DNA of 64,000 nucleotides. Origin: an uncultured Verrucomicrobiae bacterium (GTDB lineage Bacteria; Verrucomicrobiota; Verrucomicrobiia; Limisphaerales; UBA11358). This document shows, piece by piece, positions 29,403-37,919 of this stretch (within the stretch, counting starts at the first letter, position 1; every line of letters starts with the position of its first letter). The stretch is from positions 83,498 to 147,497 of the forward strand of contig CAVTWB010000011.1 in NCBI GenBank assembly GCA_963738245.1, given 5' to 3'. The notes beneath the pieces are model-generated. The model was not told the DNA's origin and did no database searches. It saw only the letters and a list, made by a program, of their open reading frames with translations. The position numbers and the translations under genes were made by a program.

Positions 29403-29809
29403 AATGTTCCCTTGGTTATGGTTTGATTTTCACCGCCACACACTTCTTCAAACAAATCCGATTGCCCGGTTGCAGTCAAGTCCGCAACAACCTTTCAGCC
29501 GATATTTGATTGTCTTATGTGGAACGGATTTCGCAATTTGCCCGGCCGGTGCATTCGCCCTGCGCTGGCTTGGGCGGCCGTCCGCAAGGCGCGTTTTTTG
29601 TGGTGTCGGCGCCCTGCACCGATGGTGGCCGTCCGCGAGGACCGGGCCGGAGGCTCGACGCTGCGTATCCTCACCACGAATGGTTTGGTTTTACTGGTGC
29701 AAATGGTTGCCGCGTGAAGAATTTTCCGGCTTGTATCAGGGCTTTTAAGACAACACATTGACCATCAATGAATCCATTGGAGCATTTCTAGGACAAAGGC
29801 GCGTATGCG

Positions 29810-30074
29810 GTGGTTCGCCTCGCTGGAAAGATTTCGTTCCGCGAATTTGCCGACCAGTTGAGCCGCGCCGTTTTTTTGTGCCGGGAACGAAATATTGGAA
29901 AACTGCTTTTTGTTTCAACAGGGTTGACCGGTTTTGAACCGCCCAGACTGGGTTCGTTCGGGCAAATTCAGCGTCCTGGTGGCGAAAAATCGCGGACTGG
30001 CCGGCAACAACTTTGAGACGGAAGCGGAGGCCTTGACGTGGCTGCTTGGCGAATCGGACCAGCCCTTGAAATGA
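29810..30074 (+). CDS. possible small gene split by a frameshift, unknown function
   Basis: ORF 29810..30016 (VVRLAGKISFREFADQL...), then another frame reads FSVLVAKNRGLAGNNFETEAEALTWLLGESDQPLK to a stop at 30072-30074. Confidence 0.3.
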
Positions 30075-30290
30075 TGCCCCCCGCCCGGCGGCGTGTGAGC
30101 GGAGAGGTTGTCAATGCAAACCGCTTGAACTAGATGTTGTTAAAAAATTCATGCCGGCACTTTATCAAGACCGCAAACCCATTGCGGATAATTTAGGCCT
30201 TGATAATGCCTTGATTGGCGGGCCATATATCATCTGAAAATCACAAATGAAACCGACGATGGGTTATATTGAAAACACGAAAGGTAATTT

Positions 30291-30518
30291 ATGAATATAT
30301 TGGCGACGGTTGATTTTGGGCAGAAACAGGTCACGCAATCGTGGGAATATCTGGAAGGCGACCCATCGCCCTACCTTTTGGTGTTGAAACTTGAAAGCGG
30401 AGATTTGCTGGCCATCAGCCTGGAAGACCGGTTTGAAAAAGAAGTTGAAGGGCAAAAGTGTTATCTTGCCACCCTGAATATCTCAAATGCCATCATCGTG
30501 ACTCCGGCCCCAAATTAA
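30291..30518 (+). CDS. small hypothetical protein
   Basis: ORF 30291..30518 in a low-GC islet. Confidence 0.45.
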   Translation: MNILATVDFGQKQVTQSWEYLEGDPSPYLLVLKLESGDLLAISLEDRFEKEVEGQKCYLATLNISNAIIVTPAPN

Positions 30519-30609
30519 GTCGCAATTCGAAGATATTCGGCAGGTATAAAGCTTTGCAAAAACAACCGGAAATCATGGAAACGAGCAACTTTGACGGGGA
30601 AGCACAAAG

Positions 30610-31062
30610 ATGATTGCCCAGACATCCTTCGGCGTGATTGAAATGCCACATAATGGCCTGCTGATGCTGGCCGGTTGGGTTTTGAGCTGCCTGATTTTCG
30701 GCTGGGGTGGCTATCGCTGGTGGCTATGCGCCCAGAATGAAGCTGAAAAACGCAAGGCCAGAAACGAGGTTCTCGCAATCATAGAACGGTTGATGGCGGA
30801 TAATTCCAAAATTTTCAACCTTCAGGATCTTTATATGGACTCCAAGGAAGTCATGCGGGATGCCGTTTTCAGGTTTTCGGGTCAACTGGACAAGACCGCC
30901 CGCTGCAAATTAGAGGAGACATGGACCGGTTACGACAATATCAAATTTGACGGCCATTGGTCGCCAACCGAAGGCAATCCGGATACGGAAAAGTTTAAGA
31001 ACGACCAAAAGATCATGTTGGAATCTTTGAAAAAATTGCGGGAGGAAATTTGCAAATCCTAG
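30610..31062 (+). CDS. membrane-anchored hypothetical protein
   Basis: ORF 30610..31062 with an N-terminal TM (LLMLAGWVLSCLIFGWGGY) and a helical charged domain. Confidence 0.55.
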   Translation: MIAQTSFGVIEMPHNGLLMLAGWVLSCLIFGWGGYRWWLCAQNEAEKRKARNEVLAIIERLMADNSKIFNLQDLYMDSKEVMRDAVFRFSGQLDKTARCKLEETWTGYDNIKFDGHWSPTEGNPDTEKFKNDQKIMLESLKKLREEICKS

Positions 31063-31155
31063 GGTGCCACGGGAAAGCCTTGGAAATCGGCCAGGTCAGA
31101 TTTCATCCCGTTGGCAGCAGCGTCAAACCGTGCTATGTTGTGGTTACTATCCGCT

Positions 31156-31569
31156 ATGAAAACACTTGGAATCATTCCGTCCATCCTCGCCACCGTGCTG
31201 TTCGCGGGCTGTGCCTCGACCGGCTCCATCAAAACCTTCACGCCATTCGATGACAACAAACAAGCAACATTCTCAGTAGGGCAGGTTTTTATGGTTGAAT
31301 TGCCGGGCAATCCAGCCACGGGTTTCCGCTGGGTTTGCCGGCCGGTGTCTGAACCGGTTGTGGAACAAGTTGGTGAACCCGAATTCGTCAATGGTGCTGC
31401 CCCGGTCGGAAACATCGGTGGCGCGGGGATGAATTATTTCAGATTTCGCGCTGCGAAAGCTGGCCATCAAACCTTGACGATGGATTACGCCAGGCCTTGG
31501 GAGAGAGGTGTCGCTCCGGCGCAGACCTTGAGCTTCGAGGTGGTGGTGGTGGTCGCTGTTAGCCATTGA
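31156..31569 (+). CDS. chagasin-family (I42) cysteine peptidase inhibitor, lipoprotein
   Basis: From ATG 31156: lipobox LFAGC, then ELPGNPATGFRW, the family NPTTGYxW signature. Confidence 0.75.
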   Translation: MKTLGIIPSILATVLFAGCASTGSIKTFTPFDDNKQATFSVGQVFMVELPGNPATGFRWVCRPVSEPVVEQVGEPEFVNGAAPVGNIGGAGMNYFRFRAAKAGHQTLTMDYARPWERGVAPAQTLSFEVVVVVAVSH

Positions 31570-31777
31570 GACAGCGGGTGATGAATCGCCGCACGCTCAG
31601 GCAACCGTGCGGCGTATGAGCGGGAAAAATGACGTTCTCACCCATCGGACGGGAGCGGGATTAAGGGTGAGGGAATTACCATGCGGCACGCACCATAATT
31701 CAGCCTGTCAATGCAAGGATGCTTGCAACCCATCCGGACATTGACGGCAGATCTCACCTGCCTTTAACTTTTTTAGT

Positions 31778-31951
31778 CTTTAATGTGGGATTATGCCGTT
31801 GACAAATAATGAAGGTAGGGCGCGTTACTCCGTGCGCGCCGTCTGACAAAAGCATCGGAAACACACGTTTTTCTCCATGCGCGGCGGGCAGAGGACTGCC
31901 CGCCCTACCAGTTTTGTCCAATTGTTTGTGAACGATATAATCCCACTTTAA
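31778..31951. repeat. long imperfect palindrome (about 175 bp)
   Basis: Outer arms TTAATGTGGGATTAT (31779-31793) / ATAATCCCACTTTAA (31937-31951). Inner arms GGTAGGGCG (31814-31822) / CGCCCTACC (31901-31909). The segments between the arms are partly complementary. Confidence 0.6.
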
Positions 31952-32034
31952 TGGCTGAAAATGCGGACAATCTACGGTGATTTATTGACAAAGAATGGCG
32001 AGCGCCACGCCGGCACAAGCCCCACACTGGATTC

Positions 32035-33681
32035 ATGGTTCCACCAGCCAAACCGGAGCCGGTGCAATTGATGCCGACGAAAGTCCCGAATGCCCAGAAG
32101 GCCGCCTACGATGCCGCATGGGAATCGGCTTTTGCCAGTCTGCTGGAGTTCCATCGGCGGCACGGCCATTTCCAGGTCCCGAATGATGCAGAGCATCCCC
32201 ATCTGCACTACTGGACCGCCCATCAGCGCGTGCGTCTATCCAAGGGCACCATGTCACCCGAACGCCAGAAACGACTGCAAGTGGCGGGATTTCCCGATGA
32301 AGCCCATTTGCTCCAGCGGCGGAAAGGCGGTCGTATTTGGGACCGGCACTTTAAAAAGCTGATGGATTTCCGCCGCGCCCACGGACATTTCGATGTTCCG
32401 GGGACGGACGCGAATTACAAAGCTCTAAAGGAATGGGTTAATACCCAGCGCCGGAAACATAATTCAGGCCGGTTGCTTCCTGACCGCGAGCGATGTCTCG
32501 AAGCATTTGGATTCCCTTGGTCTGCTTCCAAGCTGAAATGGGAGACCAGGTTCGCCGAACTGGCCGCCCGTAAGAAAAATTTCGGCCATTGCCACATCCC
32601 GGCGGGTTGGCCGGAAAACCCGGCGCTGGCCCGCTGGATGAACATCCTGCGTCATGGCCGCAAAAATGGCACATTAAGCAAGGAATGGATTGCCCGGCTG
32701 GACCAGTTGGGTTTTGATTGGGGACCACCCCGCGCCACGGGAGGACACGATGCAAAGTGGGAAGCACGGTTCACCGAACTGGCCGCCTACCATCAGCGAT
32801 TCGGCCATTGCCGCGTGCCCATGTTCTGGCCGGAGAATCCCGGTTTGGCCAGATGGGTGTCGTCCCAACGCGTCCGCCGCAAATCAGATAAGCTGTCGCC
32901 CGAACGGCTTGCCCAGCTGGACGCGCTGGGATTTCTTTGGAAACTTGTGGGATGTTCGGACGAGAAATGGGATGCCCGTTTTGCCGAACTGGCCGCCTAC
33001 CATCAGCGATTCGGCCATTGCAGCGTGCCAAATGATTGGCCCGAAAACCCGGTGCTGGCCCGCTGGGTGCAGCTTCAACGCATCAGCCGGCGGATCGGTC
33101 GGTTAAAACCCGGACGCCTTGCCCGGCTGGAGACTCTGGGTTTTGATTGGGAAGCACAGTGCGCCACTGTGGAAAACGACGCAAAATGGGAGATTCGTTT
33201 TGCCGAACTGGCCGCCTATCATCGGCGATTCGGCCATTGCCAGGTGCCGGCTCAATGGCCGGAAAACCCTGAGCTGGCCTGTTGGGTGCGCGCCCAGCGC
33301 TCAAGGGCTCAATGGGGAAATTTAACCGCCGAACGCCGCGCCCGGCTCGACGCGCTGGGATTTCTTTGGAAACTCGTGCGGTGTTCGGACGAGACCTGGA
33401 ATGCCCGTTTTGCCGAACTAGCCGCCTTCCAGAAACGGTTCGGACATTGCCTGGTGCCAAAACATTGGCCCGAAAACCCGGAGCTGGCAGATTGGGTGAA
33501 CCGGGAGCGCATGCGTTTCAGCCACACCCGGCAAAGGCAGCCGGAGCGCATTGACCGGTTGGATGCGATTCAATTCGTCTGGGCGGGAGGCTGGAGCACT
33601 TTGGGCAGATGTTGGCGGAAAAAGCGCCTGGCTTTCATGAACGGAATGATTCGGAAAACCCGTCAGCCCGGCGGCGTGTGA
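32035..33681 (+). CDS. protein made of about 8 tandem helicase-associated (HA, PF03457-like) domains
   Basis: Repeating unit KWEARFxELAAYHxRFGHCxVPxxWPENPxLARWVxxQRxxxxxGxLxxERxxxLDALGFxW. Confidence 0.8.
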   Translation: MVPPAKPEPVQLMPTKVPNAQKAAYDAAWESAFASLLEFHRRHGHFQVPNDAEHPHLHYWTAHQRVRLSKGTMSPERQKRLQVAGFPDEAHLLQRRKGGRIWDRHFKKLMDFRRAHGHFDVPGTDANYKALKEWVNTQRRKHNSGRLLPDRERCLEAFGFPWSASKLKWETRFAELAARKKNFGHCHIPAGWPENPALARWMNILRHGRKNGTLSKEWIARLDQLGFDWGPPRATGGHDAKWEARFTELAAYHQRFGHCRVPMFWPENPGLARWVSSQRVRRKSDKLSPERLAQLDALGFLWKLVGCSDEKWDARFAELAAYHQRFGHCSVPNDWPENPVLARWVQLQRISRRIGRLKPGRLARLETLGFDWEAQCATVENDAKWEIRFAELAAYHRRFGHCQVPAQWPENPELACWVRAQRSRAQWGNLTAERRARLDALGFLWKLVRCSDETWNARFAELAAFQKRFGHCLVPKHWPENPELADWVNRERMRFSHTRQRQPERIDRLDAIQFVWAGGWSTLGRCWRKKRLAFMNGMIRKTRQPGGV

Positions 33682-33752
33682 CCGGACGTTGTCAATGCAA
33701 AGATGTTTGCAACCCTCCAGGCATTGCCGGCCACACCCCGCACTTCCAGAAT

Positions 33753-34127
33753 TCATCTTGGCCGGAAAATCTCGCGGTGCTCATCGCGGTAATGTTCGAA
33801 CTGTTTCTCCTGTTCCGGTGTGAGAATGGCCGAGACTTTCTCCTGCGCGTTGCTGATGATGCCGGCAAATTGCGGCTGATACTGCTCGCGCAGGGAACTG
33901 AGCTGCGTATGCGCGTCGAGCAGGATTTCGTGAAGCTGCTTCTGCTGTTCCGCGTCCAGCCCCAGTCGGCAGTCGAGGCCGCGCTCAATCCGTTCACGGA
34001 CGAGTTCGGGCTGCGCGATGGCGCGCTGGATGAAATGCCGCACGGCGATGCGCGTGGTCACGATGCCCGCCAGGAAGCCGGCGCAAAAAATCAATCCGAT
34101 CAATACGATGAGCTTGAATGTTTTCAT
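33753..34127 (-). CDS. periplasmic Spy/CpxP-like protein (third gene of ECF operon)
   Basis: N-terminal TM/signal, then a helical Q/E-rich domain with LTPEQEKQF. Confidence 0.6.
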   Translation of the reverse strand: MKTFKLIVLIGLIFCAGFLAGIVTTRIAVRHFIQRAIAQPELVRERIERGLDCRLGLDAEQQKQLHEILLDAHTQLSSLREQYQPQFAGIISNAQEKVSAILTPEQEKQFEHYRDEHREIFRPR

Positions 34128-34128
34128 G

Positions 34129-34419
34129 TTAAAATCCGTTTCCGGTAAGCAGCCATTGCTGGGAAAGCTGCGACACGCCGTCGGTCAGGTTCGTCTGCGC
34201 GCTGCCGGCCAGCCAGTCGCCCGCAACACATAGCGCAATGACCACAACGGCGGCCCCGGCCAGGCGCGGAAAAAATACGTTCATCTGGTCGAACACCGTC
34301 ACCGCGCGCGGCGCGGGTTCATGTTTGATGGCCTGCATCACCACAAATTCAAAGCCTTCCGCCGGCACGGGTGGATTTTCCCTGCGCGCAGCCGCAAACA
34401 GTTTTTCCAGTTTATTCAT
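34129..34419 (-). CDS. putative anti-sigma factor (single TM)
   Basis: 96 aa with a central TM (AGAAVVVIALCVAG). It overlaps the sigma gene stop by 8 nt. Confidence 0.6.
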   Translation of the reverse strand: MNKLEKLFAAARRENPPVPAEGFEFVVMQAIKHEPAPRAVTVFDQMNVFFPRLAGAAVVVIALCVAGDWLAGSAQTNLTDGVSQLSQQWLLTGNGF

Positions 34420-35025
34420 GTTTTGAATTTTTAATTTTTTCCAACGCGCTTTTTAGCTTCATCCGCGCACGCAGCGCACGCACGCGCACGGCCACGCCCG
34501 AAATCCCCATCAGCCCGGCGATCTCCTTCACGCTGCGGCCCTCGATCTCCTGCAACGTGATGACCAGCCGGTCGGCGGGTGCCAGATCGCGCATCGCCAG
34601 GTCGAGCAGCTCCCGCGCGGCACCGGCCTCCGGCTCGCCTTCATCTCCGTCCGCCTGGAGCCAGTCCAGGGCGTCTTCCCCCACTTCGTCAAACCCCACC
34701 TCGTTCCGCACCCGTTGGCGTTTCCGCAAATGATCAATCGCCGCGCGCACCGCGATGCGTGAAATCCAGTGCTCGAACGGTGCGCGGCCGTCAAATTGTT
34801 CGAGGGCCCGCCATGCCTTGACAAACGTTTCCTGCGCGAGATCTTCCAGCCGCTGGGCGTCGCGCTCGTAGCGCGACAGCACGGCGAACACGCGCGCCTG
34901 GTGCCGGCGGACGATTTCAGCAAACTCGTCGGTCGCACCATTCGGATCCGTTCCAGCAATTGGATTTCATCGCTCACCGCGTCCGTTATATGCCCGAACA
35001 ATTTGGCGGAGTCACCCATTTTCAA
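34412..35025 (-). CDS. ECF-type RNA polymerase sigma factor, one frameshift in region 2
   Basis: 34412..34891 gives VFAVLSRYERDAQRLEDLAQETFVKAW...(region 4) GRSVKEIAGLMGISGVAVRVRALRAR. The N-terminus (MGDSAKLF..QLLERIR) is in another frame, and a 1-nt loss in an A-run near 34941 joins it to NGATDEFAEIVRRHQARVF. Confidence 0.8.
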
Positions 35026-35060
35026 ATCTCTGCTAGCCGCCCGGTCATGTTACATCTCCA

Positions 35061-35089
35061 TATACGCAGCCGTGTCCCGAAATGTTACA
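35061..35089 (-). promoter_or_regulatory. ECF-type promoter TGTAACATTTC-N12-CGTATA driving the sigma operon
   Basis: The minus strand reads TGTAAC (35089-35084), then 17 nt, then CGTATA (35066-35061). Confidence 0.5.
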
Positions 35090-35110
35090 TCCGAAGGAAA
35101 TATTTCGGGA

Positions 35111-35138
35111 TGTAACATTTCACGCACCTGCTCCGTAT
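35111..35138 (+). promoter_or_regulatory. ECF-type promoter TGTAACATTTC-N12-CGTAT driving 35193..35837
   Basis: TGTAAC at 35111-35116, 17 nt, CGTAT at 35134-35138. It mirrors the minus-strand promoter. Confidence 0.5.
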
Positions 35139-35192
35139 GACATGGCGGAGGCACGAAAGCCTGAAACAATAAACTGTAAATTTGAAAATATT

Positions 35193-35837
35193 ATGAAAAC
35201 GAACATTAACTCCATGAAGAAACTTGTGACCACCGCCGTGGCGGTTCTCTCGCTGGGCGCGCTGGCCGCGAACGCCCTGGAAATCAACCGCTCCGGCTCC
35301 TACCAGAACAGCCGCGGCGCGTCCGGCACCTTTGAACAGACCATCAACCGCCAGCCAAGTGACTATTCGCGCGTCACCACCATCGGCGACCACACGGCGA
35401 CCGTGAACCGCACCGCCGTGCGCAACGGCAACACCCTGACCGTGGACGGCAGCCGCACGGGCTTTGACGGCAAAACCTCCGGCTGGAACAAGACCATCAC
35501 CGGCAACGGCAACGGGACCGCATCAGTGACCGGCCAATACACCCGCCAGAACGGAAACACGATTGACACCAGCGCGACCGCCACCAAGACCGCAGACGGC
35601 CACACGACGGCCGGGACTTATTCCACCAGCACCGGCCGGAGCGGCAGTTATACGATTGATGTGGTGAACGCCGACGGCACGCACACCAGAACGGAAAGCG
35701 TCACCGGCGCGGACGGCAAAACCGCCACCAAGGTTGTGACCCTGGACAAGGACGGCAACACGATTGACCGCACGGTCGCCACGACCGGACCGAACGGCCA
35801 GACAGAAACCCATTCCGGCAGCGTGACCTTGAACTGA
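35193..35837 (+). CDS. secreted Thr/Gly/Asn-rich repetitive protein
   Basis: From ATG 35193: signal peptide MKTNINSMKKLVTTAVAVLSLGALAANA, then low-complexity T/G/N repeats. Confidence 0.7.
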   Translation: MKTNINSMKKLVTTAVAVLSLGALAANALEINRSGSYQNSRGASGTFEQTINRQPSDYSRVTTIGDHTATVNRTAVRNGNTLTVDGSRTGFDGKTSGWNKTITGNGNGTASVTGQYTRQNGNTIDTSATATKTADGHTTAGTYSTSTGRSGSYTIDVVNADGTHTRTESVTGADGKTATKVVTLDKDGNTIDRTVATTGPNGQTETHSGSVTLN

Positions 35838-36127
35838 TCATTCCGGAAAATTCCAAGCGAATCTCCGCCGCGGCAAACGGCGGGGATTTTTTTGCTTGCC
35901 GGTGATGAAGAGAGCCAACCCTCGCCCATCGGGTGGGAGGGATCATCAATGAGGGAATTGCTGTGGCACCCCACCTTGTCAATGCAAGGATACTGACAAC
36001 CTGCGGTGTTTTTCTGCGCTTTGCCTCTGAAAATCAGCTTTGGCAGGCGGATGGAGGTTGGCCTGACTCAGAGAAATGGGCTTACCTGGAACTGACGGCG
36101 CGGGAGACGGCGGCGCATCTGGAGCTG

Positions 36128-37063
36128 ATGGCGACGACGAAGGAGAGCGTCGGCGAAGTGACGGGAACGAAGGATTTCGAGCGGACATCCTTCCAGCCGG
36201 CACCGGGCCGGGTGGAGATGATTCACACCCAGTTCGGTTTCAACTGGGTGCTGGTTTATTGGGATGCGCCGCGCATGGGCGGCAAGCCGTGGGGTTACCG
36301 GGTTTACCGGACGGACAAGATCAGCGCGCCGGTGCTGGTGGCGACGGTCACGGAAACGGAGGCGTTGCTGCCCGGCCAGCCGGAGCGGGTGAAGCTGTGT
36401 TATCATGTCACCACGTTCAACGCCGCCGGTGAAAGTCCGGCCAGCCCCTATTTCAGCCTGATGTTGAATGATCCGGAGGAAGTTGAACCGCCCCCTGCCC
36501 CGCCGGGGGCTGCGACCAGGCAGCCGACAGTTCCGGCAATTTCGGAACATGAAATGTCCGTCCGCCAAGAACTGAACGCGGCGATGCTGACGTTCGTGAA
36601 AAAGACGATGGAATATATGATGACTCCGGGCGATGGAGACGAGGTGATGCGGCAGGTGGCGACGGAAGAATATCGCCAGGCGGTGCTCAAGGCCGCTAGC
36701 CAGAACATCGAGTCGTCGCTGACGTGGCACACGCTGGCGGTGTGGGCGGAGGAAGGCAAGGAGCGGATTGGTTATTTTTCGCGTGCAATGGAATGTTGCC
36801 ATGCGGAAGCGAAGGTAAAAAGGCCGGAGACCTTCCAGGAAAAGTGGGCGTTTGTCCACACGCAGGCGGACTGCCTGTTTGAGATCGGGCGCGTGCATTT
36901 TTACGAGGACGCACCGGCGGCGGCGCAGGAATTCCTGACCAAGGCACTGGTGCTGGCAAAAGAGGCCGATGCGTTGCGGGAAAAGGCCGGGGTGATGGAT
37001 GACCTGCTCGAAGGCCGCATCGGCGAACTGCTGTTGCAACTGCCCGACGAAAGCAAACCATGA
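36128..37063 (+). CDS. hypothetical protein (Fn3-like N-domain + helical C-domain)
   Basis: ORF 35933..37063. The earliest part overlaps a dispersed repeat, so ATG 36128 is preferred. WVLVYWDAPRMGGKPWGYRVYRT..YHVTTFNAAGES is Fn3-like. Confidence 0.6.
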   Translation: MATTKESVGEVTGTKDFERTSFQPAPGRVEMIHTQFGFNWVLVYWDAPRMGGKPWGYRVYRTDKISAPVLVATVTETEALLPGQPERVKLCYHVTTFNAAGESPASPYFSLMLNDPEEVEPPPAPPGAATRQPTVPAISEHEMSVRQELNAAMLTFVKKTMEYMMTPGDGDEVMRQVATEEYRQAVLKAASQNIESSLTWHTLAVWAEEGKERIGYFSRAMECCHAEAKVKRPETFQEKWAFVHTQADCLFEIGRVHFYEDAPAAAQEFLTKALVLAKEADALREKAGVMDDLLEGRIGELLLQLPDESKP

Positions 37064-37174
37064 ACACAGTGGGCAAGCATCATCGCATCAATGGACATCC
37101 TGCTTCCCCCCATTTGGACAGAGCATTCAATCGGGAATTGTAATTCTTCCTCAACCGATCCAGACTTTTCGCCC

Positions 37175-37843
37175 ATGAACGTTTTCATCATTCACGCCCA
37201 TGCCGAGCCAAGGAGTTTCAATGGGGCCATGTTTCAGACGGCGCAGGAAACCTTGCGCGCCGCCGGCCATGCCGTGGTGACTTCGGACCTGTATGCGATG
37301 CAGTTCAATCCGGTGTCGGATCGCCGGAATTTCAGCACGGTCAAGAATCCCGACTATTTCAAACAGCAGATCGAAGAGATGCACGCCACGGAGGCGGGCG
37401 GTTTTGCGCCGGACGTGGAGGCGGAACTGCGAAAGATGGAGGGGTGCGACCTGATGATCTGGCAGTTTCCGCTGTGGTGGTTCGGGCTGCCGGGAATACT
37501 CAAAGGCTGGGCGGACCGCGTGTTCGCCATGGGCCGCACCTACGGCGGCGAGCGGTTCTACGAAAACGGCGTGTTCAAAGGCAAGCGGGCTTTGTTGTCG
37601 GTGACGACGGGCGGCCCGGAGGCGGCCTATCAGAAGGGCGGCTGGAATGGGGACATCCACGCCATCTTGCGCCCGATTCAGCGCGGGATTCTGCGCTTTA
37701 CCGGCTGGGACGTGCTGCGGCCCAACCTCGTCTATTCGCCGGTGCGGATATCCGATGAGGAACGGCAAGCCGGGTTGAACGCGTGGTCGGCGAGGCTGCG
37801 AGCCATCGAGTCCGAGCCGCCGGTTGACGTGGGAGAATACTGA
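37175..37843 (+). CDS. NAD(P)H:quinone oxidoreductase (Flavodoxin_2 family)
   Basis: From ATG 37175: MNVFIIHAHAEPRSFNGAM...WQFPLWWFGLPGILKGWADRVF. Confidence 0.85.
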   Translation: MNVFIIHAHAEPRSFNGAMFQTAQETLRAAGHAVVTSDLYAMQFNPVSDRRNFSTVKNPDYFKQQIEEMHATEAGGFAPDVEAELRKMEGCDLMIWQFPLWWFGLPGILKGWADRVFAMGRTYGGERFYENGVFKGKRALLSVTTGGPEAAYQKGGWNGDIHAILRPIQRGILRFTGWDVLRPNLVYSPVRISDEERQAGLNAWSARLRAIESEPPVDVGEY

Positions 37844-37919
37844 GGTCGGACCGTTCCGCACTTGCACGGATTGCGGTTCAATGCAAGTTTACGGCAACTA
37901 AATTACGGAAGGGAAAATT

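Noticed and set aside
29403-29809. Possible structured RNA in the 400-bp gap upstream of the PD40-repeat gene (direct repeats GGCGGCCGTCCGCAAGG / GGTGGCCGTCCGCGAGG)
   Set aside because: I could not build a convincing secondary structure or recognise any known RNA family signature (tmRNA, RNase P, SRP, 6S). The ORFs there look spurious. Left unannotated.
36068-37039. 323-aa minus-strand ORF; similar antisense ORFs at 37878..38693, 16618..17673 and 46128..46880
   Set aside because: Each is antisense to an ORF with clear domain signatures or better protein-like composition. All have strongly Arg-biased composition.
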